A stretch of DNA of 64,000 bases from an uncultured Oscillospiraceae bacterium. Lineage in GTDB: Bacteria; Bacillota; Clostridia; Oscillospirales; Oscillospiraceae. Under the pieces are notes generated by a model. It was not told where the DNA came from, made no database searches, and was given only the letters and a program-made list of their open reading frames with translations. The position numbers and the translations under genes were made by a program. Below are positions 39,319 to 48,909 of the stretch, one piece after another; positions within the stretch are counted from its first letter, which is position 1, and each line of letters begins with the position of its first letter. Where the stretch lies: contig CAYTOO010000001.1 in NCBI GenBank assembly GCA_964439545.1, forward strand, positions 208 through 64,207. The letters run 5' to 3'.

Positions 39319-40425
39319 ATGCAACTGTTTTTAGACCTGTTCGGTAATGTTCTGAACTTCACATGGCAGCACGCGGTGATGATCGTGGTGGGTGCTGTGC
39401 TGGTGTTCTTGGCTATTAAAAAGAAGATGGAGCCTTCCCTGCTGCTGCCTATGGGCTTTGGCGCGATCTTGGTAAACCTGCCCTTCGTCCACACGGAGGC
39501 AATTGAGACCCTCTTCAACGCAGGTATTGCCAGCGAGCTGTTCCCCCTGCTGCTGTTTATCGGCATCGGTGCTATGATCGACTTTGGCCCGCTGCTTTCC
39601 TCCCCCAAGATGTTCCTCTTTGGCGCGGCAGCACAGTTCGGCATTTTCTTTACGCTTGTTATCGCCGTCATCGCAGGCTTCGATCTGAAAGATGCCGCCT
39701 CTACCGCCATTATCGCCGCGGCAGATGGCCCTACCAGCATCTACGTGGCAAACTACTTTCAGAGTAAGTATCAAGGCGCTATCATGGTGGCGGCTTATTC
39801 CTACATGGCGCTGGTGCCTATTATCCAGCCTCCCATCATCCGCACCATCACCACCAAGAAGGAACGCAGCATCAAGATGGTCTACAATCCCAGCAGCGTT
39901 TCCAAGACCACCCGCATCCTCTTCCCCATCTTCGTTACCATCATTGCAGGTACGGTGGCTCCCAAGAGCGCAGAGCTGATTGGTTTCCTGATGTTCGGTA
40001 ACCTGATCCGCGAGTGCGGCGTGCTGGATAGTCTCAGCCAGAGCGCACAGCATGAGCTGGCAAACCTCATTACGCTGGTGCTGGGTCTGAGCGTTTCTCT
40101 GAAGATGCAGGCAGAGTACTTCGTCACGTGGGAGACGCTGCTGATCCTCGCCCTCGGTCTTGTGGGCTTCGTGTTCGATACTGTGGGCGGTGTGTTCTTC
40201 GCCAAGTTCCTCAACCTCTTCAGCAAGAAGAAAATCAATCCCATGATCGGTGCAGCGGGTATCTCCGCATTCCCCATGGCCTCCCGCGTCATCCATAAGA
40301 TGGGCTTGGAGGAAGATCCCTTTAACTACCTGCTGATGCACGCAGCAGGCGCCAACGTCAGCGGTCAGATCGCCTCCGTCATCGCAGGCGGCTTGATCAT
40401 CACACTGGTGGAAGGTATTCTGTAA
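39319..40425 (+). CDS. oadB: Na+-translocating decarboxylase beta subunit
   Basis: EPSLLLPMGFGAIL, GAAAQFG, ADGPTSI, AAYSYMALVPIIQPP, GAAGISAFPMASR, GANVSGQI. Confidence 0.9.
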   Translation: MQLFLDLFGNVLNFTWQHAVMIVVGAVLVFLAIKKKMEPSLLLPMGFGAILVNLPFVHTEAIETLFNAGIASELFPLLLFIGIGAMIDFGPLLSSPKMFLFGAAAQFGIFFTLVIAVIAGFDLKDAASTAIIAAADGPTSIYVANYFQSKYQGAIMVAAYSYMALVPIIQPPIIRTITTKKERSIKMVYNPSSVSKTTRILFPIFVTIIAGTVAPKSAELIGFLMFGNLIRECGVLDSLSQSAQHELANLITLVLGLSVSLKMQAEYFVTWETLLILALGLVGFVFDTVGGVFFAKFLNLFSKKKINPMIGAAGISAFPMASRVIHKMGLEEDPFNYLLMHAAGANVSGQIASVIAGGLIITLVEGIL

Positions 40426-40437
40426 GGAGGTAGCACA

Positions 40438-40572
40438 ATGAATATCAATATGGAATTAGTCATGGCTTGCCTCGGTATCATGGGCAAGGGTCTGTTGGGC
40501 ATCTTCGTGGTCATCGCTGTCATTTGGGGCTTGGTCGAGCTTCTCAACCGCATCACCGCGAAGAAGGATTGA
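40438..40572 (+). CDS. Small OadG-related membrane subunit (44 aa, MNINMELVMACLGIMGKGLLGIFVVIAVIWGLVELLNRITAKKD)
   Basis: RBS AAGGAGG overlapping the oadB stop; single TM helix; not in ORF track. Confidence 0.75.
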   Translation: MNINMELVMACLGIMGKGLLGIFVVIAVIWGLVELLNRITAKKD

Positions 40573-40590
40573 GTATCCTACAAACACATT

Positions 40591-40624
40591 AAAAAGCACG
40601 CTGTCGCTGACAGCGTGCTTTTTT
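40591..40624. terminator. Bidirectional intrinsic terminator
   Basis: aaaaagcacgctgtc-gct-gacagcgtgcttttt. Confidence 0.85.
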
Positions 40625-40625
40625 C

Positions 40626-41834
40626 TTATTCCATGATGTTGCCTTCTCTATCCAGCAGCAATTCTGCAGGGGGCGTGTGTCCCGAGAAGCGTTGGGCGGT
40701 CAGGGTGCAGGCGTATGCGCCTGCATTTTTCACTTCAACGAGGTCGCCCACCTCCAAGCGCGGGCCTTCAAAATTCTCCACCAGCACATCGGCGGCGCAG
40801 CAGAGGTTACCCACGATGTTGACGCGCTCGGTGACGGAAGTATCGCCATGCGCCACCACGGGGAACGCCCACGCGGAGGTGTAAAGAGGCTCATAGGCGC
40901 GCATCGTTCCCTCGGGGTCTGCGTGATGGAGCATCACCGCCAAGGCAGGCTTTTGCAGGCCGTTCATGCAGCCCTCGGTGATGACATAGTTCACGCCGCG
41001 GGAGATCTTTTTATCCACCACAGGGAGCCAGTAAGTACCCATCTTGCAGGTGAGGAAGCGCCCCGTTTCGATCATCAAGCGGGCACGGAGGGTAGCTTCA
41101 TTCTCCGCGGCAATGGCATCGGTGTAGGTGGAGAGTTTCTCCAAATCCATGGGGACTTCAAATGTTTCATCGTAGGCCACGCCCACGCCGCTGCCGAAGT
41201 TCACATACCGCAGAGGTGCGCCCAGTTCTTCACTCAAGCGCTTGGCGAGAGCCCAGCTATCACGGTAGCAGCGGCCCAAGGCATCGGCCTCCAGCGTTTG
41301 GGAGCGGAGGTGGACATGAAGTCCCTCCACAGTGACGGGGATGGTTTTCAGCATCTCCTTAAGGTGAGGCAAGTCCTCCTCATCAATACCGAACTTGGAG
41401 GTCACACCCTCTCCCCCGCCAAAGGCAAAGGCGGGATTCATGCGGATACCGATGGCACGATGCTCGCCGCGCTGGGCAGCCAATGCGCCGATGCGTGCTA
41501 CTTCCCCAAGGGAATCGGCAATGATCTCACAATCGTCCCACGCACGCAGGAGGGCGGCATCGGACTTACCTGCGGCAGAGAAGAAAATGTCCTCCGCCCA
41601 CATACCGCAATCGCGGGCAAGGGCGACTTCTCCCGCTGAAGCGGCATCTGCGCCGATGCCGAAAGAGGCCAGCGCCTTCACCACAGGTGGATAGGGATTC
41701 GCCTTTACAGAGTAGAGTAAATCGAAGTTTGGGAAGGTTCTCTGCAGCGTTTTTACCTGCTGCGCCATAACCTCATATTCATATAGATAACAGGGTGCGT
41801 GATTTCGTACTACTGCTAAGAGTTTTTCATTCAT
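40626..41834 (-). CDS. Diaminopimelate decarboxylase-like (Orn/DAP/Arg family) PLP enzyme
   Basis: YSVKANP (PLP lysine), DAASAGE, SKFGI, GLHVH, ETGRFL, IVGNLC, AGAY. Confidence 0.85.
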   Translation of the reverse strand: MNEKLLAVVRNHAPCYLYEYEVMAQQVKTLQRTFPNFDLLYSVKANPYPPVVKALASFGIGADAASAGEVALARDCGMWAEDIFFSAAGKSDAALLRAWDDCEIIADSLGEVARIGALAAQRGEHRAIGIRMNPAFAFGGGEGVTSKFGIDEEDLPHLKEMLKTIPVTVEGLHVHLRSQTLEADALGRCYRDSWALAKRLSEELGAPLRYVNFGSGVGVAYDETFEVPMDLEKLSTYTDAIAAENEATLRARLMIETGRFLTCKMGTYWLPVVDKKISRGVNYVITEGCMNGLQKPALAVMLHHADPEGTMRAYEPLYTSAWAFPVVAHGDTSVTERVNIVGNLCCAADVLVENFEGPRLEVGDLVEVKNAGAYACTLTAQRFSGHTPPAELLLDREGNIME

Positions 41835-41879
41835 CGGAGATACCTCCTTCATTTGTTGGCTTTAGTATAGCAGATAGCT

Positions 41880-42443
41880 CTATTTATTGCCACCGTTTTT
41901 TTCATACTCATAATCAACCATAAATGCAAACTGTTCTTCGCTTTCATAGAATTCAGGAGAAACCTTCACTTCCCAACATTTCGGATTTCTTTCCACCCAA
42001 CCACGCCAAATTCTCTCTTTTCTTTGCAGCTCTTTCAGCTCCTCTTCAAATCTCTCAATCACCTCTCGGCACGGCGGCATCCATCCTAGCAATCGGCAAT
42101 ATTCTTCATCATAAATCAACTCGTCTTTTCGATAATATGTCCATCCCTCTCTGTCGGCAATGGCACGGATCGCCCACTCGATAGCCACTTCCTCTTCGCA
42201 GTAAGGACGCCCCAAAATACGCGAAAACTCTCTGCGATCCTCATGCAGAGGACTTTTTGCAAGCGCCGTCAAAAACTGCTGACGGCGACGGTTATATCCT
42301 TTCCCTGCCAGATATTGCTCCACAGACTGTTCCTGCTTTTCCTCTTCCTGCCGTGCCATAGTTTCTTCTATCACACGCTGCTTATCCCTTTTCTTCTCTC
42401 GGCTAATCGTCAGCCAAGCTGCGATCAAATGTTCAAAACCCAT
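41880..42443 (-). CDS. Hypothetical protein (AT-richer than flanks)
   Basis: 187-aa ORF with RBS AAGGAG; no recognised motif. Confidence 0.55.
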   Translation of the reverse strand: MGFEHLIAAWLTISREKKRDKQRVIEETMARQEEEKQEQSVEQYLAGKGYNRRRQQFLTALAKSPLHEDRREFSRILGRPYCEEEVAIEWAIRAIADREGWTYYRKDELIYDEEYCRLLGWMPPCREVIERFEEELKELQRKERIWRGWVERNPKCWEVKVSPEFYESEEQFAFMVDYEYEKNGGNK

Positions 42444-42454
42444 TTTCTTTCTCC

Positions 42455-42694
42455 TTATCGAAAACCACCCACAGTATGGGGTGCATAGTGTACCCGCGTG
42501 TGGTGACCGCGTCTGCTCCCCCAGCTGTACATAACGCTCTCCCAGCCATAGTAGGGGTCACGGCGCAGTTTTTTGTTCTTCTCGCGACATAAGGGACAAC
42601 GAACAGGATCTTTCCACTTCTTTTGAGCGAAGAACGCCTGCTCCTTCTCAGAAAACACAAAGCTCTTTCCACAGTCACGGCATGTCAGTTTCAT
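42455..42694 (-). CDS. Small zinc-ribbon protein (CxxC-x~20-CxxC)
   Basis: LTCRDCGKSFVFSEKEQAFFAQKKWKDPVRCPLCR; RBS AAAGGAG. Confidence 0.8.
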   Translation of the reverse strand: MKLTCRDCGKSFVFSEKEQAFFAQKKWKDPVRCPLCREKNKKLRRDPYYGWESVMYSWGSRRGHHTRVHYAPHTVGGFR

Positions 42695-43007
42695 TTTCTT
42701 TCTCCTTTCGATGTTCTGCTGTAATAGGACATGAGTGTGTACCCTTTATACGCACACGAGTGTATCCCTGCCGCTCTTACGGCGATACAAATTATAGTAG
42801 ATTTGCGGTGTGTCATTGCCGCCGTTGCTGTTTCCTTTTCACAGCGATATTACGCACACGGCTGTCGGTGTACCATTATCCATGAAGGCGCGTGTGCGGT
42901 CATATATCTATGTTGCAATTTGGCACTATGCAGCATAGCACAGATACGCACAGCAGCGAGTGGCACTCATATATGCGCACGCGGCTGTATGTCACCGAAA
43001 AGAGCGC

Positions 43008-43035
43008 AAAAAAGACACCCTCGCGGGTGTCTTTT
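43008..43035. terminator. Intrinsic terminator ending the aro/GNAT operon
   Basis: aaaagacaccc-tcgc-gggtgtctttt. Confidence 0.82.
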
Positions 43036-43043
43036 CTATGGTT

Positions 43044-43823
43044 TTAGTGCATCATACCGGGAGGCGGGACGAGCCAGGTATGGACTTCGCCCACACATTC
43101 AAAGCCCAGCGTTTCATACAGAGGTACGCCCAGAGGAGATGCCTGGAGGGTAGAATACTTGCAGCCCTTTTCCTTGGCAATGGCCATAGCGCAGTTCATC
43201 AAGGAAGCGGCAATGCCCTTTCCGCGATAGGCCTCCAGCGTGCCGACCTCGTGGACACCGGCGTTGTCGCCCTTGCAGATCAGGAGCATGCCTGCCACCA
43301 TCTTGCCATCCTCACAGTGCATGAGGAAATCACAGTTGGGGTCATTGGCGATCAGCACCATGCCGTCCTTCTCGGTAGGCTTACCAAAAGCGGCGGCGAT
43401 CATCTCGGCCCATTCCCCTACCTGCTCTGCGGGAACATGCTCCACAGCCACCTTGGGCTGGGCGGGGGTGTAGCCCTCCAGATTCAGGAACATGGCGGTC
43501 TGCACAGGCAGAGGATTGATGTAGCCCTCCTTCTGCAGGCTGGGACGGATGGCCTTGGCGCTGATCTCAGTGCTGAGCCAGCTGATGAGGGGAGGCAGCT
43601 GACCTGCACGAAGACCGGCAGCAACAGCGGACACAGTTGCTTCGAGGGTCTCGGGCTCTGCGGCGTGGAGATACACGCGGTTATACCACATGGTCTCGGG
43701 TGCGAAATAGGCGGTGTAGGCATCCTCTACCTTTTTGCCGCCGGAGTAGCCGGACACCAGTTCGCAGCTGTCCAGCAGGCTCTCCATAGCCAAGCGGGCT
43801 TTCTCGTTCACGGTGTAGCTCAT
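43044..43823 (-). CDS. GNAT-family N-acetyltransferase
   Basis: VGTLEAYRGKGIA acetyl-CoA motif, LQASPLGVPLYETLGF. Confidence 0.88.
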   Translation of the reverse strand: MSYTVNEKARLAMESLLDSCELVSGYSGGKKVEDAYTAYFAPETMWYNRVYLHAAEPETLEATVSAVAAGLRAGQLPPLISWLSTEISAKAIRPSLQKEGYINPLPVQTAMFLNLEGYTPAQPKVAVEHVPAEQVGEWAEMIAAAFGKPTEKDGMVLIANDPNCDFLMHCEDGKMVAGMLLICKGDNAGVHEVGTLEAYRGKGIAASLMNCAMAIAKEKGCKYSTLQASPLGVPLYETLGFECVGEVHTWLVPPPGMMH

Positions 43824-43845
43824 AGTCTTCTCTCTCCTGTGTCTA

Positions 43846-44874
43846 TTAAATCATTTCTGCGATCTCATAAATCAGCTTCTCGGTCTTTTCCCAACCAAGG
43901 CAGGGGTCGGTGATGGACTGACCGAACACATCGCCGTCCACCTTCTGGCAGCCGTCCACCAGATAGCTTTCGATCATGAAACCCTTCACCAGCTTGCGGA
44001 TGTCGGGATTGTGGCGGCAGCTGTGAAGCACATCCTTGGCGATGCGGATCTGCTCTAAATACTTCTTGCCGGAGTTGCTGTGGTTGGTATCCACCACCAC
44101 GCCGGGATTGGCAAGGCCGCTGGCGGCGTACAGCTCATTGAGCTGGGCCAAATTCTCATAGTGATAGTTGGGATAGGCCTTGCCGTTGGCATCCACATAG
44201 CCGCGGAGAATGGCGTGGGTATAGGGGTTGCCGGCGCTCTTGACCTCCCAGTTACGATAGCAGAAGGAATGGGAGTGCTGGCCTGCATTGATGGCGTTCA
44301 TCATGACGGACAGATCGCCGCCGGTGGGGTTTTTCATACCCACGGGGATGGCGAGACCGCTGGCGGTGAGGCGATGCTGCTGATCCTCCACAGAGCGGGC
44401 ACCGATAGCTACATAGGCCACCACGTCATGGATATAGCGGTGATTCTCGGGATAGAGCATCTCATCGGCGCTGGGGAGACCGAACTCATTGAGGGAACGC
44501 ATGTGGATCTTACGGGTGGCGATGACACCCTTGATGAGGTTGGGCTTTTCGTGGGGATCGGGAGAGTGGAGCAGACCCTTATAGCCTGCGCCGGTGGTGC
44601 GGGGCTTGTTGGTGTAGATACGGGGGATGATAATGACCTTATCCTCCACCTCGTCCTGCACCTTGCGAAGGCGGCTGATGTACTCCATGACGGCATCCTC
44701 GCGGTCAGCAGAGCAAGGGCCGATGATCAGCAACATACGGTCATCCTCACCGGAGAACACCTTCTTGATCTCTTTATCACGGGCAATTTTAATGTCAACG
44801 GCTTCCTCGGAGAGGGGGTACTGGGCCTTGATCTCCTGAGGAATCGGCAGCTTACTGACGAATTCCATATTCAT
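43846..44874 (-). CDS. 3-deoxy-7-phosphoheptulonate (DAHP) synthase, class I
   Basis: IIGPCS, KPRTT, IGARS, GMKN, DTNHSNS, SITDPCLGW. Confidence 0.92.
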   Translation of the reverse strand: MNMEFVSKLPIPQEIKAQYPLSEEAVDIKIARDKEIKKVFSGEDDRMLLIIGPCSADREDAVMEYISRLRKVQDEVEDKVIIIPRIYTNKPRTTGAGYKGLLHSPDPHEKPNLIKGVIATRKIHMRSLNEFGLPSADEMLYPENHRYIHDVVAYVAIGARSVEDQQHRLTASGLAIPVGMKNPTGGDLSVMMNAINAGQHSHSFCYRNWEVKSAGNPYTHAILRGYVDANGKAYPNYHYENLAQLNELYAASGLANPGVVVDTNHSNSGKKYLEQIRIAKDVLHSCRHNPDIRKLVKGFMIESYLVDGCQKVDGDVFGQSITDPCLGWEKTEKLIYEIAEMI

Positions 44875-44927
44875 AAGGGTTTTCCTCCGTTCTTATGGGA
44901 AAGCGCGAAAAGGCGCTGCAACTCTTC

Positions 44928-46136
44928 TTATTCGACGGTCACATCAATTTCCAAGGCCTTGAGCTTATCGAAAAATTCGGGGAAGCTCTTGCTGACGGCC
45001 TCTGCGCCCTCGATGCTGCCGCCTGTCAACGTCAGCAGCACCGCCAGCGACATGACGATACGGTGGTCATTGTGACCTTGCAGGACTCTCGTAGGGGCGT
45101 GGAAGGCTTTGGGGATGATATCCACGGTATTCTCCCCTACCGTCACCCCTGTGCCAAAAGCAGACAGCTCTTCCGCCATGACGGCAGCGCGGTCGCTCTC
45201 CTTGATCTTCAGACGGTGAGTGCCCGTAAAGTGTGCGCCGTTCTTCGCGGCAGCCACAGCAAAGAGAATGGGGCCCAAATCGGGGCAGTTGGAAATATCA
45301 ATGGTGGGACAGCCAAAGGAAAGGCGCTGAAAATACTCAGTGTAAACCTTATCCCCTTGCAAGCTATCGGGGTTCAAACCACCGATGTCAACCTCGCCGC
45401 CCAAGAAATTGAGGGCTTCAAAGAAGGCTGCGCCGGAGTAGTCACCCTCCACGTACATATCAGTAGCAGTATACTGCTGATTGCCGGGGATGACAAGGGT
45501 AAATTCATCCTGCCAACGGGTGTGGACACCGAAGGAGGCCATAGCCTGCAAGGTGAGGTCGATGTAGCCGCGGCTCTCCACAGGGGGCGTGATGGAAATG
45601 ACACTATCACCCTCCACCATGGGCAGCGCCAGCAGCAAACCGGAAATAAACTGGCTGCTGATGTCACCGGGGACGGTGTAGGTGTCAGCGGTCAGCTTAC
45701 CCTGCACATCCACATAGGAGACGTTCTGAGTAAAGGTAAAGCCGCGCTGGGCGCACAAATCGGCGTAGATATTCAAGGGGCGGGACAGGAGCTTTTCCGT
45801 GCCGGTAAAGCTGACCTTTTCTCCGCACATGAGTGCCAAGGGGATGAAAAAGCGCAGAGTACTGCCGCTTTCATGGCAGGAGAGGATCTCCATGGGCTTG
45901 GCGCTCTTCATGTCCACACCACGAACGGTGACGGTGTCGCCGCTGACGCTGCACTCTGCGCCCAAGGCGCGGAGGCAGGCAATGGTGGCTAAAATATCTT
46001 CATTAAGGTCAATGCCGCCGATTTGGCTTGTGCCGCTGGCAAGTCCTGCGCAGATGAGCATACGATGTGCCATGCTCTTGGAAGAGGGGACGGTCACATA
46101 GCCTACAGCGCGAGAGGGTTGAATGGTAACGTTCAT
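44928..46136 (-). CDS. aroA: EPSP synthase
   Basis: PSSKSMAHR, ESGSTLRF, SSQFISGLL, LKIKESDR, DHRIVMS, VSKSFP. Confidence 0.93.
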   Translation of the reverse strand: MNVTIQPSRAVGYVTVPSSKSMAHRMLICAGLASGTSQIGGIDLNEDILATIACLRALGAECSVSGDTVTVRGVDMKSAKPMEILSCHESGSTLRFFIPLALMCGEKVSFTGTEKLLSRPLNIYADLCAQRGFTFTQNVSYVDVQGKLTADTYTVPGDISSQFISGLLLALPMVEGDSVISITPPVESRGYIDLTLQAMASFGVHTRWQDEFTLVIPGNQQYTATDMYVEGDYSGAAFFEALNFLGGEVDIGGLNPDSLQGDKVYTEYFQRLSFGCPTIDISNCPDLGPILFAVAAAKNGAHFTGTHRLKIKESDRAAVMAEELSAFGTGVTVGENTVDIIPKAFHAPTRVLQGHNDHRIVMSLAVLLTLTGGSIEGAEAVSKSFPEFFDKLKALEIDVTVE

Positions 46137-46567
46137 AGCTTCTTCTCCATTAATGTGTCAATTGCCTCTAAATAGCCGTCAAAGCCCTTGCCTGTAATGG
46201 TGGCAACGCAGGCGGCGCGGATGTAACTTACCTGCCGAAAGTCCTCTCGCTCCTCCACCTTGGAGATATGCACCTCCACCGTGGGGATGCCCACCGCCTT
46301 CACCGCATCGAGAAGGGCGATACTGGTGTGAGTATACGCACCGGGATTGATGACGATGCCGTCCGTTCCGTCGGAATAGGCCTCTTGGATACGATCCACC
46401 AAGCTGCCCTCGTGGTTGGACTGATAAAAACTTACGGCAACGCCCTTTTGGGCACAGTAATTCTTGATTTTCTCACAGAGGGCATCATACGTACCCGAGC
46501 CGTAGAGGGCGGGCTCACGGATACCCAACATATTCAAATTTGGGCCATTGATCACCAAAATGTTCAT
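46133..46567 (-). CDS. aroQ: Type II 3-dehydroquinate dehydratase
   Basis: INGPNLNMLGIREP, QSNHEG, NPGAYTHTS, EVHIS. Confidence 0.94.
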   Translation of the reverse strand: MNILVINGPNLNMLGIREPALYGSGTYDALCEKIKNYCAQKGVAVSFYQSNHEGSLVDRIQEAYSDGTDGIVINPGAYTHTSIALLDAVKAVGIPTVEVHISKVEEREDFRQVSYIRAACVATITGKGFDGYLEAIDTLMEKKL

Positions 46568-47802
46568 TGTAAAAAGTTCCTTTCCACCTGCTGTGCCGCT
46601 GCCTCTGCCGTAGCGGAGTTGTCGATCACAGCATCTGCTGTAGAAACATAAATATCATAGCGCTCGTTGTAGCGCTGCAGGATGGCCTCCTTGGTAGAGG
46701 ACAGAGGGCGATCCGCCGTGGGCAAGAGCTGCTCCACAGGGCGGTCTAAGAAGAAAATCTTGCCGTTCATGCGAAGGGCGTTGATATTCTCCTCACGCAG
46801 CACTGCGCCGCCGCCTGTGGCGATGACTGCGCCTGTCTCCAAGGCGATAGAGCGGATGACCTCCGATTCAATATCGCGGAAGGCCTTCTCCCCCTCTGCG
46901 GAGATAAGCTCCGCGGGGGTCTTGCCTGTTTTCTCTGTAATGAGGATATCCACATCGAGGTAGGGTCTGCCCAGCTTCTCAGAGAGCAGCTTGCCCACGG
47001 TGGACTTTCCGCTGCCGGGCATACCGGTGAGGACGATGTTCTCCTTGCCGGACTTTATCTTACGGTAGACACGTTCCATGGTGTCCTCGGGGTACTTGGT
47101 ATCAAGGAAGATCTCCGAGGCCAGCACCGCTTGGCACACCAGCATATAGAGGCCGCCTGCGGCACGTGCGCCTGCCTTTCGGGCGGCGAGGATAAACTCC
47201 GTGCGGAGGGGGTTATAGACCGCATCCACTGCACCCTCAAGGTGAGGGAACAGCTGCGGGTCGATAGACATACCGCTCTCGCGGGAGAACATACCGCGGG
47301 GCGTGGTGTTAATGAGGACCTGGGCATCCAAGTGGTTCGCCTTCACCTCATCGTAGGTCAGAACGCCCACCTTGGCGCTGCGGCTCACCTTATAAACTTC
47401 CGCTGCACCCAAGTGCTTGGCAACAGCCATGGCGGTGTTGGATGTGCCGCCTGTGCCGAGGATCAGCACCTTCTTGCCCGTTATGTCAATGCCTGTACGC
47501 TCAATGAGGGCAGCCATGCCGCCAAAATCCGTATTGTAGCCGTAGAGGTCGCCGTTACGATTGACGATGGTGTTGACAGCGCCGATGGCGGCAGCCATAG
47601 ACTCCACCTCTCTGAGGTGAGGGATCACATCCTGTTTATAGGGCATAGTGACATTGATGGCCTTAAAATCCCGTGCCGTCATGAAAGCATCCAGTTCCCC
47701 CATAGGGATCTCGCGGAGTTCGTAGAGGTAGTCCGTCAATTCACCGTGGATAATTTTAGAAAAACTGTGAGTCAAATGCTCACCAATGCAGCCATACTGC
47801 AT
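46564..47802 (-). CDS. aroE: Bifunctional shikimate dehydrogenase / shikimate kinase
   Basis: N-terminal HSFS, NVTMPYK, GAVNT, NTDFGG; C-terminal GMPGSGKST, IATGGG, RPL. Confidence 0.9.
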   Translation of the reverse strand: MQYGCIGEHLTHSFSKIIHGELTDYLYELREIPMGELDAFMTARDFKAINVTMPYKQDVIPHLREVESMAAAIGAVNTIVNRNGDLYGYNTDFGGMAALIERTGIDITGKKVLILGTGGTSNTAMAVAKHLGAAEVYKVSRSAKVGVLTYDEVKANHLDAQVLINTTPRGMFSRESGMSIDPQLFPHLEGAVDAVYNPLRTEFILAARKAGARAAGGLYMLVCQAVLASEIFLDTKYPEDTMERVYRKIKSGKENIVLTGMPGSGKSTVGKLLSEKLGRPYLDVDILITEKTGKTPAELISAEGEKAFRDIESEVIRSIALETGAVIATGGGAVLREENINALRMNGKIFFLDRPVEQLLPTADRPLSSTKEAILQRYNERYDIYVSTADAVIDNSATAEAAAQQVERNFLQ

Positions 47803-47805
47803 GGT

Positions 47806-48903
47806 TCACCCATCCTTTGCAAAATAGTCTGTGCCGTAGCGACCTAAGAGCATGTCATAGACCGCGATTGCCGTCACCGCATCGATGACGATGCGGGCGC
47901 GGTGGACGATGGCAGGGTCGTGGCGCCCCTTGATCGCCAAGGTGGCGTTCTCCTTGGCGGCGATGTCCACCGTGGGCTGTGCCTTGGCGATGGACGGGGT
48001 GGGCTTCACAGCGCAGCGGAAGATAACGGGCATACCGTTGGTGATGCCGCCGCCGATGCCGCCGCCGTGGTTGGTAGCGGTCACCACCGCGCCATTTTCA
48101 TAGCGCAAGGCATCGTTGGCCTCGCTGCCCTTCATATCGACAAGGGCGAAGCCGTCGCCGAACTCCACGCCCTTCACGGCGGGGACAGAGAAAAGCATGT
48201 GGGAGAGGACGCTTTCAAAGGTATCGAACCAAGGCTCGCCTACGCCCGCAGGAAGACCCATGATGACCGTTTCCAGTACGCCGCCCACGCTGTCGCACTC
48301 AGCCTTTGCCGCCAAAATAGCACTCTCCATCTTCTCCCCTGCTGCCTTGTCAAGGACAGGAAACAGGCTCTCGGAGAGAGCGGCAATGTCTGCCTGCAAA
48401 TCGCCAAAGCCGCGGTCGGGAATCCCTGCGCAGCGGGAGATGTGAGTGCCGATGGTGATGCCCTTGCGCTGCAGGGCGCTGTGGCAGATAGCACCTGCCG
48501 CCACCAGTGCCGCCGTGATGCGGCCGGAGAAATGGCCGCCGCCACGGGTATCTTGATAGCCGTGGTACTTACACTGGGCGGGATAGTCGGCATGGCCGGG
48601 GCGCATCAGCGTCTGCATCTGGGCATAGTCGCCGCTGCGGGTATCCTGATTGCGAATGAGGATGCACAGGGGCGTGCCTGTAGCAACGCCGTTCACTGCG
48701 CCGCTGACGATCTCGAACTCGTCCTTTTCCTGCCGTGCCGTGGAAATCGCCCCTTGGGGCATTCTAAGGCGCAGCATACGGCGAATGTTCTCCTCATCAA
48801 TGACCGTACCGGGGCATAAGCCATCCAGCACAGCACCGATGGCTGCGCCGTGGCTCTCACCGAACAAGGTGATGCCCATATACTGTCCGAATGTGTTCTT
48901 CAT
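47806..48903 (-). CDS. aroC: Chorismate synthase
   Basis: FGESHG, RPGHADY, RGGGHFSGR, GGITNG, KPTPSI, GRHDP. Confidence 0.94.
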   Translation of the reverse strand: MKNTFGQYMGITLFGESHGAAIGAVLDGLCPGTVIDEENIRRMLRLRMPQGAISTARQEKDEFEIVSGAVNGVATGTPLCILIRNQDTRSGDYAQMQTLMRPGHADYPAQCKYHGYQDTRGGGHFSGRITAALVAAGAICHSALQRKGITIGTHISRCAGIPDRGFGDLQADIAALSESLFPVLDKAAGEKMESAILAAKAECDSVGGVLETVIMGLPAGVGEPWFDTFESVLSHMLFSVPAVKGVEFGDGFALVDMKGSEANDALRYENGAVVTATNHGGGIGGGITNGMPVIFRCAVKPTPSIAKAQPTVDIAAKENATLAIKGRHDPAIVHRARIVIDAVTAIAVYDMLLGRYGTDYFAKDG

Positions 48904-48909
48904 GGTGGA

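Noticed and set aside
40626..41834. Assigning the symbol lysA
   Set aside because: The family is clear but motifs diverge (NLCCAAD, HLRSQ, FGSG), so the substrate is not certain.
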